Assembly: GCA_000165345.1 (NCBI GenBank)
Contig: CM000432.1
Span: 960,001-1,024,000 of the forward strand
Direction: 5' to 3'
Length of the DNA: 64,000 nt
Shown here: piece by piece, positions 48,650-59,862 of the stretch
How positions within the stretch are numbered: the first letter of the stretch is position 1
Layout: each line of letters opens with the position of its first letter
Notes under the pieces: generated by a model
The model's input: only the letters and a program-made list of their open reading frames with translations
Database searches by the model: none
What the model was told of the DNA's origin: nothing
Made by a program: the position numbers and the translations under genes

Positions 48650-51448
48650 ATGAATGGGCATATCCCTAAGAAAAAAGCAGTCATTATTGGAATTAATTAT
48701 GTGGAAACAGAAGGAATTAGTTTAAGAGGTTGTGCAAATGATGCAAAGTTAATGGCTTTGACATTAATGTCTCACTTTGATTTCAATGCATCAGATATAA
48801 TCTTTCTAACTGATAGTGAACCAGATAGAGGTTATGATACTTTAGTTGATTCTCAAGAACCAATTTCATTCTATGATAACTGGCCAAGAGATGAAATTCC
48901 ACCAACAAAACATCATGATTCCAGAATATATCCAAATAAAAGAAATATTTTAACAGCAATAAATTGGTTAACTAGAGATGCAGAAGCTGGTGATATTCTT
49001 GTATTTTATTTTGCAGGACATGGAGTACAAGTAGATGTTCTAACATCATATGAAGGAGAAGGATATGATGAAGCACTACTTCCAGCAGATTCTACATTAT
49101 ACTTAGCTTCAAATGGTTCAGATTTAGATGAATATAATGTATTACTTTGCAGTGAACTTAAAGAATTATTATTGTGTGTTCCTCCTGAAACTCAATTGAA
49201 TGTAATTTTAGATTGTAATGGAGGTCAGACTATTTTAGATCCAGCTGGTAATTTGAATGGTATGTGGTATATTAAAGGTATAGTAACAAAAGGAATTTGG
49301 CCATTTCTTTCAGCTACTAATAAAGTTAAAAGAGCACAATATAATTCATCAGTATTTAAAGACGAACAAATGGTTCATAGACTTGTAAGACCAAGATATG
49401 TTCCTTGTGTTCAAATTGGTAATACACAAAACTTAAAAGATCCAAGTCTTCAATCTACACAATATGTATCTTTATCATGTAAAGGATATTGTTTTTCTGC
49501 TGCTCCATGGAGTCAAATAGCTGCTGAAGCCTCATTACCTTTGTTATCAGTTACTAGAAAGACTCAAGTAACAGATTCTTCAATGGGTTTATCAAATGGT
49601 CCAATTTCTACTCCTAATTCTCAATCATTTAATAGTTCTGGATTACTTTCATCTACAACAGAATCTAAATTAGGTGTAATAGAGATTCCAATATCTAGAG
49701 GTGGAGCTTATAATATAATTCATGGAGTTTTTACCTGGTCATTTTGTAAAGCTATTAGTGATATTGCTACTGGAATATTACAACAAGGAAGACCAAGGAA
49801 TGAACTTTCATATAAAACAATTCTAGCAAGAGTTAGAGAGTACATCTCATGCCTGAAAACTTCAATTCTTGCTCATTTAGATCAAAATCCAGAATTAACT
49901 ATTCATTCAGGAGGAGCTGGGACTGTTTCTGAATATTTTTGTTCTCCATTTGGAGGAGACAAAAGTATAGATTTTGATTTTGATCATTATTTTAGAATAA
50001 CTGATAATTGTATAAGACATTTAAGAAAGAACCAGAACTTTTTAATACCTCAAGAAGCTTACAATTCTATGTTACAAGCCAACAAGAATGATAACTTAGT
50101 TTTCCATTCTGTGAACCTAAGTATATTAAGTAAACCTATTAATTCATCTGAAAACCAGGTTTCACAAGTAGATTCCCCTCCAACATTTAGAGAAAACAAT
50201 GATCAGGAAGGCGAGAACAAGAAAGATGAATCCAATCAATTAGAAGATAGAAAAACAGTGGATACTAGTAAGAATATTAACCAAGATTTAGGTTCTGCTC
50301 CAAACTTAGCCTCAAATTCAGTTCCTATTTCAGCTCCTTCTTCTATAATAGGAGGGTCTATTCCAAATTCTAAAATTGGTCAATTCCCACCAAGTAATCA
50401 AATAAAAAGATTTGACCAAGAAATAATACAAAATCCCAATTTTAATTATAATGAAGATAATTTTACTCATTTTCCAGCATCCTCAGTTAATTTAGTTCCA
50501 CCAACTGCCAGTCTATTTAATCCAATAGTGTTCAACAATAAAAGTATTAATGAAGGTTTTCCTAATTACAACTTGAATAATTTTGACACAGAGAACAATC
50601 AGTTTTCAGATACTAATAATTTAAGAATAAATACAAATTCTTACTTGAATACCCAAAATGAAGTTATTATTGGTAAACATTTACATAAAAGTAATGAAAA
50701 CAAACCTTCAATAGGATTTAATACTTTTAATCCTTACTCACTGTTTGTTGGACCAGAATCTTCTAGTAACAATAACAACAGAAATAAAAATCAAGATTTT
50801 CATAATTTCAAATATCCTTTAGAACAAGTACAAATAAATGAATTAAAGCCACCAGTAAATGGAGTATTGTTTTCTAACCCAATAAAAAATATTACACCAA
50901 GAAACATTTCTCAAGTTACTCCAAATCAGAGATTTATCCAATCTCAAAACAATTTTCAAAACCCTCATAATTATACAAATATGAATCAATTCCCAGTACC
51001 TACATCATCACTATCATCCTCTTCACAACTTATAATACCTAATACTCCACCAACTTCTTCCTATAGAACATCAGATCAGCTAAATCATCCTAATCAAACA
51101 ACAAATTTTATTACTTACCCTCCTTTAACCTCAATGCAGTCAATAAACAAACATCTTGTTGCTCCAATTAGATCTCTTCCAAATTCTAATAATTTCCATC
51201 AACAATTACCTCAAACTGGGCATTTTACAAGCACTATAAATAGTCAATTTATGAACCCAGAACATTACTCTGATCGAAAGTTACTGAATTTTGGAGTAAA
51301 TGAACAATTCCTACAAATACCCAATGGATTATTCAATACTGTTAATCCATTCCCACCATCAAATCAAAGCAATAGTCAATTTTATCCCACATCTTTCGTT
51401 AGCTATCCTCCCAAACAACCAATAAATATGTTTGGCGCCCACATGTAA
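48650..51448 (+). CDS. type-I metacaspase-like peptidase (C14 fold) with divergent catalytic Cys motif and ~600-aa Asn/Ser/Pro/Gln-rich C-terminal tail
   Basis: KKAVIIGINYVETEGISLRGCANDAKLMALTL...DIIFLTD and ILVFYFAGHGVQ...DEALLP align with yeast Mca1/Yca1 ([39 protein letters not shown]...DDVIYP); the catalytic block reads NVILDCNGGQTILD where canonical metacaspases have LFDSCHSGTVLD. Confidence 0.7.
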   Translation: MNGHIPKKKAVIIGINYVETEGISLRGCANDAKLMALTLMSHFDFNASDIIFLTDSEPDRGYDTLVDSQEPISFYDNWPRDEIPPTKHHDSRIYPNKRNILTAINWLTRDAEAGDILVFYFAGHGVQVDVLTSYEGEGYDEALLPADSTLYLASNGSDLDEYNVLLCSELKELLLCVPPETQLNVILDCNGGQTILDPAGNLNGMWYIKGIVTKGIWPFLSATNKVKRAQYNSSVFKDEQMVHRLVRPRYVPCVQIGNTQNLKDPSLQSTQYVSLSCKGYCFSAAPWSQIAAEASLPLLSVTRKTQVTDSSMGLSNGPISTPNSQSFNSSGLLSSTTESKLGVIEIPISRGGAYNIIHGVFTWSFCKAISDIATGILQQGRPRNELSYKTILARVREYISCLKTSILAHLDQNPELTIHSGGAGTVSEYFCSPFGGDKSIDFDFDHYFRITDNCIRHLRKNQNFLIPQEAYNSMLQANKNDNLVFHSVNLSILSKPINSSENQVSQVDSPPTFRENNDQEGENKKDESNQLEDRKTVDTSKNINQDLGSAPNLASNSVPISAPSSIIGGSIPNSKIGQFPPSNQIKRFDQEIIQNPNFNYNEDNFTHFPASSVNLVPPTASLFNPIVFNNKSINEGFPNYNLNNFDTENNQFSDTNNLRINTNSYLNTQNEVIIGKHLHKSNENKPSIGFNTFNPYSLFVGPESSSNNNNRNKNQDFHNFKYPLEQVQINELKPPVNGVLFSNPIKNITPRNISQVTPNQRFIQSQNNFQNPHNYTNMNQFPVPTSSLSSSSQLIIPNTPPTSSYRTSDQLNHPNQTTNFITYPPLTSMQSINKHLVAPIRSLPNSNNFHQQLPQTGHFTSTINSQFMNPEHYSDRKLLNFGVNEQFLQIPNGLFNTVNPFPPSNQSNSQFYPTSFVSYPPKQPINMFGAHM

Positions 51449-51830
51449 TAAATAGAAATAGACTAAAATGGCATCTAAGTTTAATTATTATCACTATTTA
51501 TTTATTTATTTACCTTACTTTTAGTTAGTTATAAACTGAACTTATTTTAAAGTATATATTAACTCTAAGAGGTAGTTCATTTTTGTTTAAATATTCCATG
51601 CAATGCATTCCTATTTGTAGATTTATAAATACAAATTGTGAGTATAATATTGATTTAAATAGAGGTACTTAATTCAAAGCATAAAATTTGGTCATTTTTT
51701 TTAACAAATTAATCAGCTATTCACTATCTTTAAATTATATTCTGTGCAATTATTCCTTTCTCTTGACCATATAAAAGTAAATTATTAATTTATAATTTTT
51801 TTTTTTTTTTTTTTTGCATTCGAATAATGA

Positions 51831-51860
51831 TCCCGCTCTTTTTTTAGATGGCGCCACATT
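51831..51860. promoter_or_regulatory. TCCCGCTC...GATGGCGCCACATT GC island ~590 bp upstream of the maspardin gene
   Basis: follows a T21 run; same motif family as other spacers. Confidence 0.35.
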
Positions 51861-51990
51861 AGTGTGAGGTCCAGAATTTATTTTGAATTAATTGCATAAG
51901 AAATACTAAAAAGAAGAAAATAAAAAGAAAGGAAAATTTTAATTTGCAAATGGAAATATAATTGTTTATATGTAATTGAGTTTGTAAGTG

Positions 51991-52022
<32 letters not shown>

Positions 52023-52441
52023 CATTAATTTATATATATTCATAATAAATAACCAAAATAAAGATCTAAAAGGTTTATATATATTAAGTAAGAGAAATAG
52101 TATTCTAATAATTTAGTAAAATTTGTTTAATATTACAGAGCTTAAGATAATTTTATTAATAATAAAAAAGAAAGATAAAAGAAGAATATTTAAAAATATA
52201 TTTGAATTCAATTCTACTGAGTTTTTTTTTTTTTTTTTGAAACTTTTTTGGTATAGTAATGATATAAAGTTAATTAGAATAAAATTCAAGAATTACAAAT
52301 TTTTGAATTAATTTTACAGATAATTTCCGTATTTATGACATTTTGAAATTTGAAAAAAAAAAGAAAAGAAAAAATATTCCCATCTTTAATTTATTAATCA
52401 CCATTTTCAGTCTAAAATCGTATTAGAAACGAGGAGAGAAA

Positions 52442-53729
52442 ATGGTAAGAAGACTCTCAAGTGAATTTGGAGATTTTATCGAATCTTACCCTTTAAAAAG
52501 AACTACTATACCTTATTTAGATGGAATATGGACTTGGATTGATTGTAATCCAAAAAATGTGGAAAAAATTACTAAAATAGTTTCTCAAGAAAGTATTACA
52601 GATATTGAAGATATTACTGAAGATTACTATTCAAGGAAAACTGTNAAACANTTNNCTNTNNNNGATCNAGNNNAGCTTANTAAATTNAATAGNNCTTCAT
52701 TAAAATATAATAATAATAATAATAATGAAAAATACGAATCTAATGAATTTGATATAATTGTTATACTTCATGGTTTATCAGGAACTGCTGGTGAATACTT
52801 TATGTTTATGAAGAATATGTTAAAATGCGGATATAGAATAATTTCTGTACAATATCCAATATATGATGATATTAATGATTGGATAAGATCATTTTCTCTT
52901 TTTTTAGATCAACTTGAATTGGATTCAATACATTTATATGGAAGTGATTTAGGTGGTTATTTAAGTATAATGTTTTCACAAGAATTTCCTAATCGAGTAA
53001 AATCATTAATTTTGTGTAATGCTTTTGTATCAACATTAAATTTACCATTACCATCAATAGCTTCAACATTTTTATATTTTTGTCCACAATTTATTCTTGT
53101 AAAGTTAATTTCTGAAATTTTCAAAAATAGAGAAATATTATATTCACCAATAGAAGATATGGGATTTTATTCAACAGTAACAAATATTCATAAAGATAAT
53201 AATTTATATGATAAATTATATAATNCAATCATTAAATTTGTGATTGGACAATTATATTCACTTTCAAATCATGATTTGGCTTCTAGATTAAGTTTTGTAT
53301 TATCAGGTGATGAAACATTATCAATATTAAATTTGACAAAATTTTCAAGTATATTAGATAATAAAAGAATTACATTTTATTTCAAGTCCTGATAATTCTT
53401 TTGATGATCATAATTTCGTTAATTCAATAATAAAATTTGAAAATGTTAAACTTGCTCAACTAAAATATGGTGGGGACTTTCCTCATCTTTCAAATCCTGA
53501 TGATATTTCATTATTTTGTCAAGTACATCTTAGAAATTGTAATGCTAAAAAATATACTTATAAATCATCTAATAATGATTTGGTTAATAATAAACAAGAA
53601 TCTCCTAAAAAGTTAACAAGTTTAAATTCAAATTTCAGTCCAACAACTAGTTCAAGTTTTTATGAAATGCCTTATCCAGGAAATATTATTCATCATGAAT
53701 CATCTTTTGATTATAATATGATTAATTGA
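52442..53729 (+). CDS. maspardin (SPG21/ACP33) alpha/beta-hydrolase homolog; the reading frame shifts by one position at ~53388 and the gene contains n-ambiguities at 52645-52693
   Basis: IIVILHGLSGTAGEYFMFMKNMLKCGYRIISVQYPIYDDINDWIRSFSLFLDQLELDSIHLYGSDLGGYLSIMFSQEFPNRVKSLILCNAFV is colinear with human maspardin ([92 protein letters not shown]); after the in-frame stop at 53390-53392 the +1 frame continues FENVKLAQLKYGGDFPHLSNPDDISLFCQVHLRNC, matching [35 protein letters not shown]. Confidence 0.65.
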
Positions 53730-54055
53730 ATTTTCAATTAATTATTACATTAATTTAACTATTTATTTAAAAAAAAATGATAGTAATAATAAAGAAAATC
53801 ACCTTATTTCATAAATTTTATTTTATTTCACCTTTTTTTTCCTTAAAAAAAAAGTTACCTTATGCATGCATGCATTAAGTATCGTATAGGTATCGATCTA
53901 TTTTTTTTATCTCTGAAAAAAAAAAAAATTTTAATAATTCAAACAAATGTATATTTAATATAAATTAATAATCTATTTGTTAGTACTATGGAAAGAGAGA
54001 ATTAGTTATTTAATGAAAAATGATGGAAACTATTAAGTCAACCTCGAAAATAGCT

Positions 54056-57000
54056 TTAATGATTTAGTCTATCCGTTATAGCAATATTCAATGGAATCAA
54101 AACTGAAATTGTGCCAATAATGATAACTATCCTTAAAATAAAGTAGTATAATCTAATTGAAATTGAGGCTTTCCAAATATTTGAAGCTTTTCCATATTCT
54201 TCATCTGAGATATATCTAAATTTAGATGATAAAGGAAATGGATCATCATCTTCCATCATCAAAACTAAATCCTCTTCCAATTTTTTCTTGCTCTTCTTAT
54301 TATATTCTTTTAAAGCTTCCAGTATTTCTGAATATTCACAAAATTTTTCAGTCAATTGACTACAATATATTTCAGATCGAATCTTTTTATCAATCTTACA
54401 AATATTGTTATCACAAGTATCTGAATTCTTATTATTTTCGCCATTATCGCCATTAATCAATTTATTAATATTACTCTCAAACTTTTCATTTCTTGATTTT
54501 TCTATTAAATCTTTATTATCATTTGTATTCTTTTGATACAAGTTTAACAAACTTGACCATATTTTATTTATTAAATCTATTGAAGAGTAATAATATCTTA
54601 AAAATATGTTAAAGTAAATCCATTCCAAAGTTAATATTGTCAAAATATTTAAAGACGAAATCCTGGTAGCTAAATCCTGTTGAGTCTTAAAATTCAAATT
54701 TATGGTATCATTCATTCTTGCTCTTTTTCCTTTTCTATATTTTGTCTCCCAAGCTGAATTTGATTGGTCTTGATCTTGATCTTGATCTTGATCTTGATCT
54801 TGTTCTTGCTCTTGTTCTTGTTCTTGTACATAATTATCTTCATTACGAATATCTTCGCCAAAATCTGAACTTTTAATCCCTTCAGACTCTTTAAATTCTC
54901 TTAAATTACTATTATTACTACCGTTATTATTCGATTTTACTATACTTGTCCCATTTGAATTCAATTTAATTCCACCTTTTGTAGAATTCGTATTATTCTT
55001 TATTAAAGGTGCTAAAGTATCTCTTATTGTATCTAATATAGATGGAACAAATTTTGGTTCTGGTGGTATCTTTGGAAGAATATCCTCTATATTAAATGGA
55101 CCTCTTGTTATTAAATGCCAAAGAAGTCTATAAGATTTTGGTTTATCCATCTTAACTCCAATTCCTTTATTAAGAGCAATAGTATAATCCAAAATTGACT
55201 TAGGATCTCTACTATTTACTCCTTGCATAATAAATTTAAAAGCAGAAACTGGGTCTTTATTAACTCCAAAACTTCCTTCTAAAAATTGTTGAACCAAATT
55301 TTGAGTTGAAGAAATATCTCCATTTGATGATGATCTTCTTGAATAATAATGACTACACCAAAGTGATGAATTTCTTTTTAATCTTATTATTTCCGGTACC
55401 CTCTCTTCATCAATTTCAAGATCTAAATCCAAATCCAAACCCAAATTCATTCTTGGAAATATACTTTTTCCTTCTTCTTTTATATCTTCAAGATCATTCC
55501 CATCTATAAAACTTAAGAAATAATTATTTAACTTAATCACTAATTTAAGAATAAATGATCTATATACATAATTAAAACCATCATATATTTTCTTCAATAC
55601 TTTATACCATGGTTTTGGGTACCTTTGATGACTTCCACTTTTAGGCTTTTGCCAAAGTTCTAATAATCTATCAAATATATTAGATTCCTCTTCATCACCA
55701 TCATCATCATCATCCTCATCTTCCAATTCCCTCTCATTCTTAAATTCTTTTATTCTCAATCTTCTTGTCATTTTCTCAAATCTATCATAATAAGATCTTG
55801 GCCTCATCCAACAACTAAGAAACTCAGATACCCTATTCTTCTCCTTCTCTGACATATTTTCAGAGTAATTTAAATCCAATCTTCCTCTTAATGTTGCATT
55901 TTGTGAATCAAATATATCATAATACTTGAAATAACTTGAATTTAAATGAATTATTGTATTATCAAAGTTTATTGGAACATTAAAAAATACCTCCTTTCTA
56001 CTTGCCTTAACCAAACATAATGTTGAAGAAGAAATCCCACTCATTCTCATATCAAATTCACTTGGATACAATGTTGAATACTTTTCATTACTCTCATCTA
56101 ATAATTCGACTTTACATATACTCCTCAATTTATCATTCATTACAATATTATACAATATATTCAAAAAACTCTCCTCTTTTATAACATTACTATATAATTC
56201 TTTCTTCGATACCATCTTATTTTTATCAACGATACCATTATCGTTTTTATTCTCAAAAATCATTTTCTTAATTTCATTATTATAATACAAAATGGATTTT
56301 TCTTTCCATAAATCTTGTGAATTAATATGTCCCTCAATAAAACCTAATTCACTTAATGTCATTTCTCGAAGAAGAGATCCTACAATATCACCATTTTCAT
56401 ATGATCTTTTACTCAATAAGCTTAAGAATTTGACATGATTATTCTTCTTTACAACATGAGTTAAGTAATCAATTGAAGCAATACATCTACTTTCTTCAGT
56501 CTTATACTTTGTATCTGACCCTTTTAATGTTAATACTGCTGAATTAAAATAAGCAACAGTTCTCCCTCCTTCAGCTGAAAGTTTATAATATTTTAAAGCT
56601 AAAGTATCATTCTGACCTCCTGGAGGAATGACTCCCATCTTTCCTCCAGCATAAGCATGTGCTAGTATTAATTGAGCATTACCATCACCAAGATCTGCTG
56701 CTAATTTTAAATATTCACCAGCTATTGTAGAATTCTTATCAACATCTAATCCAAGTTTATATATATAATAATTAGCTAAAGCTGCAGCTGGTGGTTCTCC
56801 ATTTCTTACAACTTGTCTTAAATAAGGACCAGAATCTCTTTCTGTACCCATTGTACCATCTAAATTTAAAAAAGCTCTAGCTAAAGCACCTTGTGGATCT
56901 CCTCTTCTTGCAGATTCTTCCCATAATTGTGCAGCTCTATTCACATCTCTTGCAATACCACCAGCTTCATGTCCATAATAATAAAGTTCACCTAAGGATG

Positions 57001-58393
57001 TCATTCCTTCAGGATCTCTATCAGCTGCAAGACTTTTAACCCATTCAGCATAATGTTTTGTTTCATGTTCTTTTGGTTTATTTTCTCTAAGAAGAGTAGA
57101 TATATCTGGTAAAAAAAGATCTCTATGATCACTAAGTGTTTTACTTGCAACAAAAATCAAAGGTTCAAGAGCTACAATACATCTTGAAGAAGAAGTTGAA
57201 GATATACCAACAATAGATGTCAAATTTCTTGGAATTCTATGAAGGCTAAAAGCTGAAGAATATTTTAAATCATCATATTGATAAGTAATATCTGAAAGGC
57301 TATATCTTAAATAATATGAATTAGCAAGTTGGCCAAAAATATCCTTATTTTTAGATGCTAATGCATAATTCATAAATACTAAATCAAAGCCATTTTTTTC
57401 GATTGGGAAATAAATTTGATTATGATCCATATTATTAGAATATTTATATGGATTATGATATAAGAAATATGTATTTTTAGAAGCTGAAGATTTGAAGACA
57501 TCTATTTTAGATGTAGAATTATCAACTCCAATCCAACCATGAGTATTATTAATAATTGGAGGATATCCCCAGGCAAATAATAATCCCATCATTGTATAAC
57601 AAAAACCACAATTAAATTTGGTTGCTCCTTTTAATGCATATCTTAAAGCAATATCAATATTTCTTGGCCATCCATAAGGGAATTCTAATTTACCATTTTT
57701 ATTAGGTATACCATAAAACCATAGATATGTTAATACTCCATAAGAATCTGCAATATTAGAATTAGAGCTAGAAGTATCAATAATTCGGGTTAAGTTTTTA
57801 TGAATTTCAAAAAAGTTTAATGTTTTATCAGTAGCAGGCTCAAACATTTCAAAGAGTCGATCATAGACAGTTTTTGCATAGAAATCATCGATTTTGAAAG
57901 TAGAGTTCATTAATTTTCTTTTAATTATCTCAATTTCTTCTTCAATAGTTGTTTGATTAATTTTTCGATTATTTTTATTATCAAAATCGTGTTCATGTGT
58001 ACTATTATTTTTATTAACGTTACTACTATTATTATATATATTTGTATCGTTACTGGTATTTGTATTGATAACATTACTAGAATTTGTATGAGATTGAGTG
58101 GAATAATATTCTTCATCGCTTTCATCATCAAAATCATTTAGATTATTTGATTTAATAGAATTTTCAAAATTTTCATTATTTTCTGTGGATTTATTAATTT
58201 CAGATGGGGATTCATTAATATAAGTAACAGTTTCATTCAAAATTTGGTTTGTCTCCTCAAAAGAATTGGCTAAAGTTGAGTTAAATTCCAATATATATAT
58301 AATAAATATTAATAAAGTTAAGAAAGATATAAATTTTTTATTTGGTTTTGCTTTAGTTATTTTTACATTCTTGAAGTTCTTCCAAAATTCCAT
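54056..58393 (-). CDS. large membrane glycoprotein-like protein: N-terminal signal/anchor, transglutaminase-like Cys/His core, Sel1-like repeats, acidic (QE/QD)n tract, C-terminal TM
   Basis: 1445-aa intronless ORF; N-terminal hydrophobic ISFLTLLIFIIYILEF; NCGFCYTMMGLLFAWGYPPIINNTHGWIGV resembles the papain-like transglutaminase core (G-C-x-x-F...H-x-W); SLGELYYYGHEAGGIARDVNRAAQLWEESARRGDPQGALARAFLNLDGTMG fits Sel1 (TPR-like) repeats; C-terminal LYYFILRIVIIIGTISVLIPLNIAI TM; (GATCTT)n hexamer repeat at ~54765-54830. Confidence 0.45.
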   Translation of the reverse strand: MEFWKNFKNVKITKAKPNKKFISFLTLLIFIIYILEFNSTLANSFEETNQILNETVTYINESPSEINKSTENNENFENSIKSNNLNDFDDESDEEYYSTQSHTNSSNVINTNTSNDTNIYNNSSNVNKNNSTHEHDFDNKNNRKINQTTIEEEIEIIKRKLMNSTFKIDDFYAKTVYDRLFEMFEPATDKTLNFFEIHKNLTRIIDTSSSNSNIADSYGVLTYLWFYGIPNKNGKLEFPYGWPRNIDIALRYALKGATKFNCGFCYTMMGLLFAWGYPPIINNTHGWIGVDNSTSKIDVFKSSASKNTYFLYHNPYKYSNNMDHNQIYFPIEKNGFDLVFMNYALASKNKDIFGQLANSYYLRYSLSDITYQYDDLKYSSAFSLHRIPRNLTSIVGISSTSSSRCIVALEPLIFVASKTLSDHRDLFLPDISTLLRENKPKEHETKHYAEWVKSLAADRDPEGMTSLGELYYYGHEAGGIARDVNRAAQLWEESARRGDPQGALARAFLNLDGTMGTERDSGPYLRQVVRNGEPPAAALANYYIYKLGLDVDKNSTIAGEYLKLAADLGDGNAQLILAHAYAGGKMGVIPPGGQNDTLALKYYKLSAEGGRTVAYFNSAVLTLKGSDTKYKTEESRCIASIDYLTHVVKKNNHVKFLSLLSKRSYENGDIVGSLLREMTLSELGFIEGHINSQDLWKEKSILYYNNEIKKMIFENKNDNGIVDKNKMVSKKELYSNVIKEESFLNILYNIVMNDKLRSICKVELLDESNEKYSTLYPSEFDMRMSGISSSTLCLVKASRKEVFFNVPINFDNTIIHLNSSYFKYYDIFDSQNATLRGRLDLNYSENMSEKEKNRVSEFLSCWMRPRSYYDRFEKMTRRLRIKEFKNERELEDEDDDDDGDEEESNIFDRLLELWQKPKSGSHQRYPKPWYKVLKKIYDGFNYVYRSFILKLVIKLNNYFLSFIDGNDLEDIKEEGKSIFPRMNLGLDLDLDLEIDEERVPEIIRLKRNSSLWCSHYYSRRSSSNGDISSTQNLVQQFLEGSFGVNKDPVSAFKFIMQGVNSRDPKSILDYTIALNKGIGVKMDKPKSYRLLWHLITRGPFNIEDILPKIPPEPKFVPSILDTIRDTLAPLIKNNTNSTKGGIKLNSNGTSIVKSNNNGSNNSNLREFKESEGIKSSDFGEDIRNEDNYVQEQEQEQEQDQDQDQDQDQDQSNSAWETKYRKGKRARMNDTINLNFKTQQDLATRISSLNILTILTLEWIYFNIFLRYYYSSIDLINKIWSSLLNLYQKNTNDNKDLIEKSRNEKFESNINKLINGDNGENNKNSDTCDNNICKIDKKIRSEIYCSQLTEKFCEYSEILEALKEYNKKSKKKLEEDLVLMMEDDDPFPLSSKFRYISDEEYGKASNIWKASISIRLYYFILRIVIIIGTISVLIPLNIAITDRLNH

Positions 58394-59166
58394 GATCTTA
58401 ACGAATATTCACTTTTAGAATTCCAATTTAAGTGTTATATATATATACATATATATATATATAAATTGTATATTGGATTTAATAGTAATAATGGTAATAT
58501 TGATCCAATACAAATATGAATAATGACCAGGAAATAATTCAAAATATTCAGAATATAAAATAATAATATTTTGATGTTTATTATAATATATTTAACCTTT
58601 AATGATCACTTCTTTGAACTATCTTACCTTAGTAATATATTTGTATTGGTACTTATGTATTGAAAATTAATTATTTGTCAACATAAGAATAAATTTGGAA
58701 ATTTCCTGGTTTATAATATAATATAAAGTAGTAAAACAACCTTTATTTCTTTTCTTTTTTGTTTTTATAGAAAAAAAATAAATAAGTTTATTAATTTACT
58801 ACTTAATTAATTTTATTTTTTTATTTATTTGTTTATTAATATTATTATTTGATAATTAATTTTTATTATTTTAAATTATTTTCTTTAAAATTTTTCTAAA
58901 CGTAATTAACCCCCTATTTCTTAGATACCAGTAAAAAATATCAACAAAAAAAAAAAGTAAAAAATTCTAATTTTTTTCTTTTTAATCTGTTTGATGATCT
59001 AAATCCACCTTATTTTCAATTTTATATGCCAAAATCATATATTCTAATTATCTGAAGAAATACTGTTTATTATTTCTGTTTTCTATTTCATTACATTTAA
59101 TATATATATTTTCCTCTTCTTCCTATTCCCCTCTATTATTAATTAAATTCACATTTAATACACACG

Positions 59167-59179
59167 TTGGCGCCAAAAT
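59167..59179. promoter_or_regulatory. TTGGCGCCAAAAT (preceded by CACACGT) in the 1.47-kb divergent spacer between the Sel1-repeat gene and ITPase
   Basis: GC island; second GC island GGCGGCAACTGCCACGTAA at ~59531-59549. Confidence 0.4.
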
Positions 59180-59862
59180 AATAATAATTTTTGGCTCCAA
59201 GAATTATTAATTAAAAGCAAATTAGATTAAGTTTACACTAAATAAGTCACATTTCACTCTCTAATATCTGTACTTCAAAGTATTATCTTTTCATTCTTTA
59301 TTCTAGTAGATTATAAATAATAAAAAGAAGAATTCAAGGATAAGTTAAAAAAGAATAAATAAACAATGTTTTAAAAAAATATAAGAATATGTATAGTATG
59401 ATTTTATACTTGTTTGTCATTAATTTAATCTTTCATAAACTCATTAATATAATGCTATTAGCTTATTCATTATTTTTATAAATATCCTGATAATTGTTTA
59501 ATTAAAATAACTTTAACATGCTATAGGTTTAGGCGGCAACTGCCACGTAATATGTAAAATAATAAATTTGACGATAAGATGATCTTGATAATATCAGATA
59601 GTATTGTTGAAATTGATCATTAAAAGGAGGATTTAAGAAAGTAATTAAAGGATTTATTGTCAGTATTTCGGCTCTTTTTTTTCTTATTCCCCAAAATTGA
59701 ATTACAGTTTTAGAAGATAATTTCGTTATAGTGAGAATATAAATTTTTATAATTAATAAAAAAAAGTTTAGCATCAAATTTGGAATTATTTATTGCTATT
59801 ACTTTAAAATAATCATAATAAAAGAGGAAAAAATTAATATTGAGATAATTAGACAGAATAAG

